NCBI GenBank assembly: GCA_009914755.4 | Contig: CP068257.2 | Coordinates: 15,744,001-15,808,000, forward strand | Reading direction: 5' to 3' | Origin: the human T2T-CHM13v2.0 reference genome, Homo sapiens | Length of the DNA: 64,000 nucleotides | In this document: one piece after another, positions 59,721 through 64,000 of the stretch | Layout of the letters: each line of letters opens with the position of its first letter | Position numbering within the stretch: the first letter of the stretch is position 1 | Translations under genes and position numbers: made by a program | The notes under the pieces: model-generated | What the model was told of the DNA's origin: nothing | The model's database searches: none | What the model saw: only the letters and a program-made list of their open reading frames with translations

Positions 59721-61684
59721 ATAAAATAAAATAATAAAATTAATTAATTTGAAAAATATTTTCTTGCTTCATGTGTCTTAATATTCTAACCATTATTATA
59801 TTACTATCATGTAGACAGGCAAAATTAATAAGATAGTTAGAAAATAATACAAAATAATTTGGGGCACTTTTATTTAAAAATTAAAATGCATCCAGTACCA
59901 TAAATTCCAGGAGAGGCAGAAATCAATATGAGCTTAATGAGTGATGAAAATTACCACAGATTTATTTTTTGCAGATACAGAAGATGAGAGAGAGAAAAAG
60001 AGAGAAATTACAGAGTGACGGAGAAGGCAGACATCATGCAACATGCTCAAGGGCTATTCATTTTAAGCTGAAACATACATGTGTAGAAAGCATCCTTGTA
60101 CTTATAATCCCAATGACTATGAAGAAAAATAATTTAGCCAAATAGTTCCTAGAACAGGAAAAATAAGGAATTATATTTTGAGATAAGAAGTTAAGCTCTA
60201 GTATAACAATGATATGGGTCAAAGAAAAATGAAAACAAATTTTAAAAACGTTGCAACATGAATAAAAGTTTCACCAAATCGGGAGTCTATTATAAGCATG
60301 TTTTGAGTTATTTTCTTTCCCAAAGACTTCATTTTTGTTTCAATTTATTTCAGTAGTATACACTTCTGAAAATATTTAACTAATGTCGTACTGGTTCTCG
60401 TAAAAGGTGAGGTGGAGCAATTCCATTAAGCTATAGTGAGGTGAAGAGAGAATATCTGGTGAATGAATTTGAAATAAGCTCCTTCGCGATATGCCCCTTC
60501 CATAACCTCTGTATCCTTGTCATCCCAAACTGCCCACATTTCGCTGAACTCCTTGCACTTCTCAGAGGACATCTTACCTGTCAACCCACGGTATCAGTTG
60601 GCTGGGGGAGGTCCCCAAATACTGGTGAGACCCTGACCCCTGCTAATGTCCAGGCACCTGACACCGATATAGAAGGAATCCAAAGACGACGAGTCAGAAA
60701 ACAGTGACTGTATGAAGATTTACTGCAAAGTGAATCTCCACGGAAGTGCAGTTCACGCCTACTCAAGAGAGAGACACTCCCAGAGGGGCTTGGGGCTGCT
60801 ATCTTTATGGGTTTCTTTAGCCAAAGGGTGAAATATTCATGAAGATTTCTGGAAAAAAGGTGAAGATTTCTTGGAACTGTGGTGCCACCCATTTTTACAC
60901 CAAATATGGGTGTTCCCAGAAGTGTCATGGCATTGGTGGGTATGTAATTTAGTATGTTAATGAATGTACAGTGAAGTCCTCATGAGACCTAGGTGAAATC
61001 CAGCACCATGTTGGGTCCAGTCAGCCTCAGCCAGCTTGGTCTACACCCTGGTTTGCAAAGTATCAGCCCCTAGTTTATGCAGCTATTTCAACAGTTTCCT
61101 TTTTGCTAGTCATGTGAAACTGCTGCCTAGAATTTTCTATTCTCCTACCACCACCCTGTATTATTCCTGTCTCACTACCCTTCAACTTCCACCCCCTTTT
61201 CCTCTAGATACTTGTATAGTACTCTTCAGACATAGGAGTGTGGAAATCGTCCCCTGCGTCCCAGTCTGAGACAGGTAGTTCTTTTTTTTGCCATCGCATC
61301 TCATGCACGCCTCTCTGAATCACTGGTTTTCTTGACTGTCTCCCTCAGCAGAGACACCACGGAAGGCATCTTAATTGTACATTCAGCATTTAGCATATGG
61401 AAGCATTAAAGATGTTATGCAAAAAACATAAGCTTCTTTTTTAACTTCTTAAGAAATGTGGGCTCAAGCTCTGCTCCCTACTGTATTTATTTTTCTTAAT
61501 ACCCTTGTGGTTAAAATGTCACATAACGATGTCACATAATCTCACTAATATCATATGTTATGGGTATGATATTAATAGTCATATTCAAACTGTTAATGAA
61601 TCACATCAAGAAAGCCCGTCTCCTTTAGTGTCTTATAAAAATTATAGAGGAAAAACAGTGCAAGTCAGTAAGTATAATATTAAG

Positions 61685-61990
61685 GGGCCGGGTGTGGTGG
61701 CTCACGCCTATAATCCCAGCACTTTGGAAGGCCGAGGCCAGCGAATCATGTGAGGTTAAGAGTTCGAGACCAGCCTAACATACTGAAACCCCATCTCTAT
61801 TAAAAATACAAAAATCAGCCAGGCGTAGTGGCGGGCGCCTGTAATCCCAGCTACTCGGGAGGATGAGGAGGAGAATCGCTTGAACCCGGGAGGCAGAGGT
61901 TGCAGAGGTTGCAGTGAGCTGAGATCGCGCCATTGCACTCCAGCCCGTCTGACAGAGCAAGAATATGTAAAAAAAAAAAAAAAAAAAAAG
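61685..61990 (+). mobile_element. Alu SINE, full length, with internal 10-bp duplication
   Basis: 'ggggccgggtgtggtggctcacgcctataatcccagcactttggaaggccgaggcc...gaggttgcagaggttgcagtgagctgagatcgcgcc...' to a 28-nt A-tail. Confidence 0.95.
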
Positions 61991-62004
61991 AATAAGGGAA
62001 TCAA

Positions 62005-62146
62005 CCAGGCTCAGTGGCTCATGACTGAAATCCCAATACTTTGAGAGGCTGAGGCAGGAGGATCACTTGAGCCCAGAAGTTTGATCCCAATCTGGGCAAC
62101 ACAGGGAGATCCCCGTCTCTACAAAAATTTTTTTAAAAAAAGAGAA
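62005..62146 (+). mobile_element. Alu left monomer (FLAM-like) inserted beside the preceding Alu tail
   Basis: 'accaggctcagtggctcatgactgaaatcccaatactttgagaggctgaggcaggaggatcacttgagcccagaagtttgatcccaatctgggcaacacagggagatccccgtctctacaaaaa'; 13-bp TSD 'aataagggaatca' at about 61991-62003 and 62147-62159. Confidence 0.8.
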
Positions 62147-62295
62147 TAAGGGAATCATAAAGTTGGAAAGGTAGGTGAAAATCATTCTTCCTGTGGTTCC
62201 TAACTCTGGCTGAGCTTTTAATAAAATGCCAACAACGCCCAGGTCTTATGCTAAGAAAATTTGATTACACTTGTCTTATGTGGTGAAGGAGTAGC

Positions 62296-62352
62296 TGTGT
62301 ATGTGCGGGTGTGTGCATGTGTGCGCATGTGTGTGCGTGTGTGCATGTGTGT
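62296..62352. repeat. imperfect (GT)n/(GCGT) purine-pyrimidine alternating tract
   Basis: 'gtgtatgtgcgggtgtgtgcatgtgtgcgcatgtgtgtgcgtgtgtgcatgtgtg'. Confidence 0.8.
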
Positions 62353-62470
62353 AGAGACAGGGGCTCATTATGTTGCTCAGGCTGGTGTCAAACTCCTGAG
62401 CTCAAGCAATCCACCTGCCTCAGCCTCCCACAGTGCTGGGATTACAGGCATAAGCCAGCAGGCCCGGGTA
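62353..62470 (-). mobile_element. Alu fragment (5' monomer, reverse)
   Basis: 'tagagacaggggctcattatgttgctcaggctggtgtcaaactcctgagctcaagcaatccacctgcctcagcctcccacagtgctgggattacaggcataagccagcaggcccgg'. Confidence 0.8.
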
Positions 62471-63337
62471 AGCAGTATTTTTTTAAAGTTCCCCAAATAC
62501 TTCTAATATGCACCCAGAATTGAGGACACCCCATCTAATCCTACTCCATGTTGCCTAATCATTTTCCTGATGAGGCAACATGAGAGGTGACGTCACTTAG
62601 GAGAGTGAGTAAGGGACACACTAAAAATAACTAAAGTTACTCATCAGATCATAGATTCATTATGGAAGGAATGATCAGAAAATCAAGAGATTGGGAAGAA
62701 TTGGCTTGTTTAGATGACCAGTACGGGTGAGATTAACTAGATGGAAAGTAAAGCAACCGCAAGCTGTATGTGGTGGCACTTCAAATAGGAGTAGTGGGAA
62801 CTAACATGAAAAGAAAAAAATGATTACAGTTGGCAGGCAAAGGAGGGATCTGTGCAGGAAATAACTTGGCTGAATAAATAGAATGAGCTAAGACTAGATT
62901 ATCCAAACACGAGATTCATTTCTAAATCAGACAGAGCTGAACTTAACAACAACTCTATCTACTTGTAGTTTCCTCTGTATAAATTTTACACTGCTAGTGA
63001 GCATGGATTTACAGTTATCTGCAAATCTTACTCCTGAAAAATGAGAATATAGACAGCTCCCTGATTTGGAGGAACTGAGAATGGAAATTACATTGTTGCA
63101 TGAGGTCAAATATTTCTCAGGTTTATCTTACACATTTAGAATATTAAAAAAAATAAATTGGGGATAGCAATGAGGGAGATCAATGCAGGAAGTCAACCGA
63201 TATTTATTGGCAGAAGAGCAAGGGAAAAAATGTGATGGTGTTTTGTTTTCCATCAACAGCTCCAATCTCTTCATCCTCCCTCCAAGCCAACTCTATTCCC
63301 AGATGGTCTTTAAATTCTAATATTTAAAGAAATATAG

Positions 63338-63780
63338 TCTTTCCAGGAGCAGTAGCTCGCGCCTGTAGGAAGGTTGCTTGAGGCCAGGAGTTTGAAACCA
63401 GCCTAGGCAACATGGTGAGACTCAAATCTTTTTTTTTTTTCTGAGACAGAGTCTCCCTCTGTCACCCATGCTGGAGTGCAGGGGTGCGATCACGGCTGAC
63501 TATAACCTCCGTCTCCTGGGTTCAAGCGATTCTCCTGCCTCAGCTTCCCGAGTAGCTAGAATTACAGGCGTACGCCGCCACACCTAGCTAATTTTTGTAT
63601 TTTTAATAGAGACGGGGTTTCACCATGTTGGTGAGGCTGGTCTGGAACTCCTGACCTCAGGTGATCTGCCGGCCTCGGCCTCTGAAAGTGCTGGGATTAC
63701 AGGCATAAGCCACCACTCCCGAACAAGACTGAAATCTAAAATAATTTTAAAAATAAATAAATAAATAAATAAAAATGTTA
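63338..63780 (+). mobile_element. older degenerate Alu fragment (about 63338-63428 plus tail about 63723-63780) interrupted by a nested Alu
   Basis: 'ccaggagcagtagctcgcgcctgtag|gaaggttgcttgaggccaggagtttgaaaccagcctaggcaacatggtgagactcaaatc' ... '(aagactgaaatc)taaaataattttaaaaataaataaataaataaataaaaa'. Confidence 0.6.
63430..63722 (-). mobile_element. Alu SINE, full length, reverse, nested in the older Alu tail
   Basis: 13-nt poly-T + 'ctgagacagagtctccctctgtcacccatgctggagtgcaggggtgcgatcacggctgactataacctccgtctcc...ggcataagccaccactcccgaac'; TSD 'agact[c/g]aaatc' on both sides. Confidence 0.9.
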
Positions 63781-64000
63781 CAGCTCAGCTCTTTCAGAAT
63801 TTGTCTAACAGATTGCTTAGTCTTCACCAGGGCACCCCCTACCCCCACCACCCCACCAAAAAATGTTTTATCCAGGATAAAACTGCTTGCCTTATTATTT
63901 TCTTAATTTCATGCTGTAATCGTGTATACAGTTTCCCAACTTTTTTAGCATTAATCTTTCAAAATACAATTATCTCAGTTTGTGACCCTGATCATATGTC

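Noticed and set aside
61685-62160. Single composite insertion of Alu + FLAM sharing one TSD
   Set aside because: The 'aataagggaatca' duplication brackets only the FLAM monomer (62005-62146). The full Alu upstream has its own A-tail ending before the first TSD copy. Two sequential events is the better reading, though 'ttaagggg' before the Alu leaves some ambiguity.

Overview
This window is primate, almost certainly human, nuclear DNA. It is not a microbial or viral locus, and I found no gene system in it, novel or otherwise. It is dense in interspersed repeats. There are about 40 full-length Alu SINEs and about 18 Alu monomers or fragments, roughly 14-15 kb or ~23% of the window. Subfamilies range from old AluJ-like copies to young AluY copies with 37-40 nt homopolymer tails and intact target-site duplications (TSDs). 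There are four MaLR LTRs (THE1/MST type), an L1 3' end fragment, several MIR fragments, and one ancient palindromic DNA-transposon-like repeat. Simple repeats include two dinucleotide microsatellites and five long polypurine (GAAA/GGAA)n tracts. Most of the polypurine tracts have grown out of Alu A-tails. I find no credible protein-coding exon. Every ORF of 60 aa or more in the six-frame track is either a translation of Alu sequence, a translation of a microsatellite, or an isolated ORF with no compositional support. The window looks like intronic or intergenic sequence. Noteworthy points are: a local tandem duplication of an Alu-containing unit; three nested retroelement insertions with TSDs; tightly spaced inverted Alu pairs; very long H-DNA-prone polypurine tracts; and a few repeat-free segments that retain CpG and may be constrained non-coding elements. 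All coordinates are by-eye estimates, accurate to about +/-5 bp. Family names should be confirmed with RepeatMasker/Dfam.
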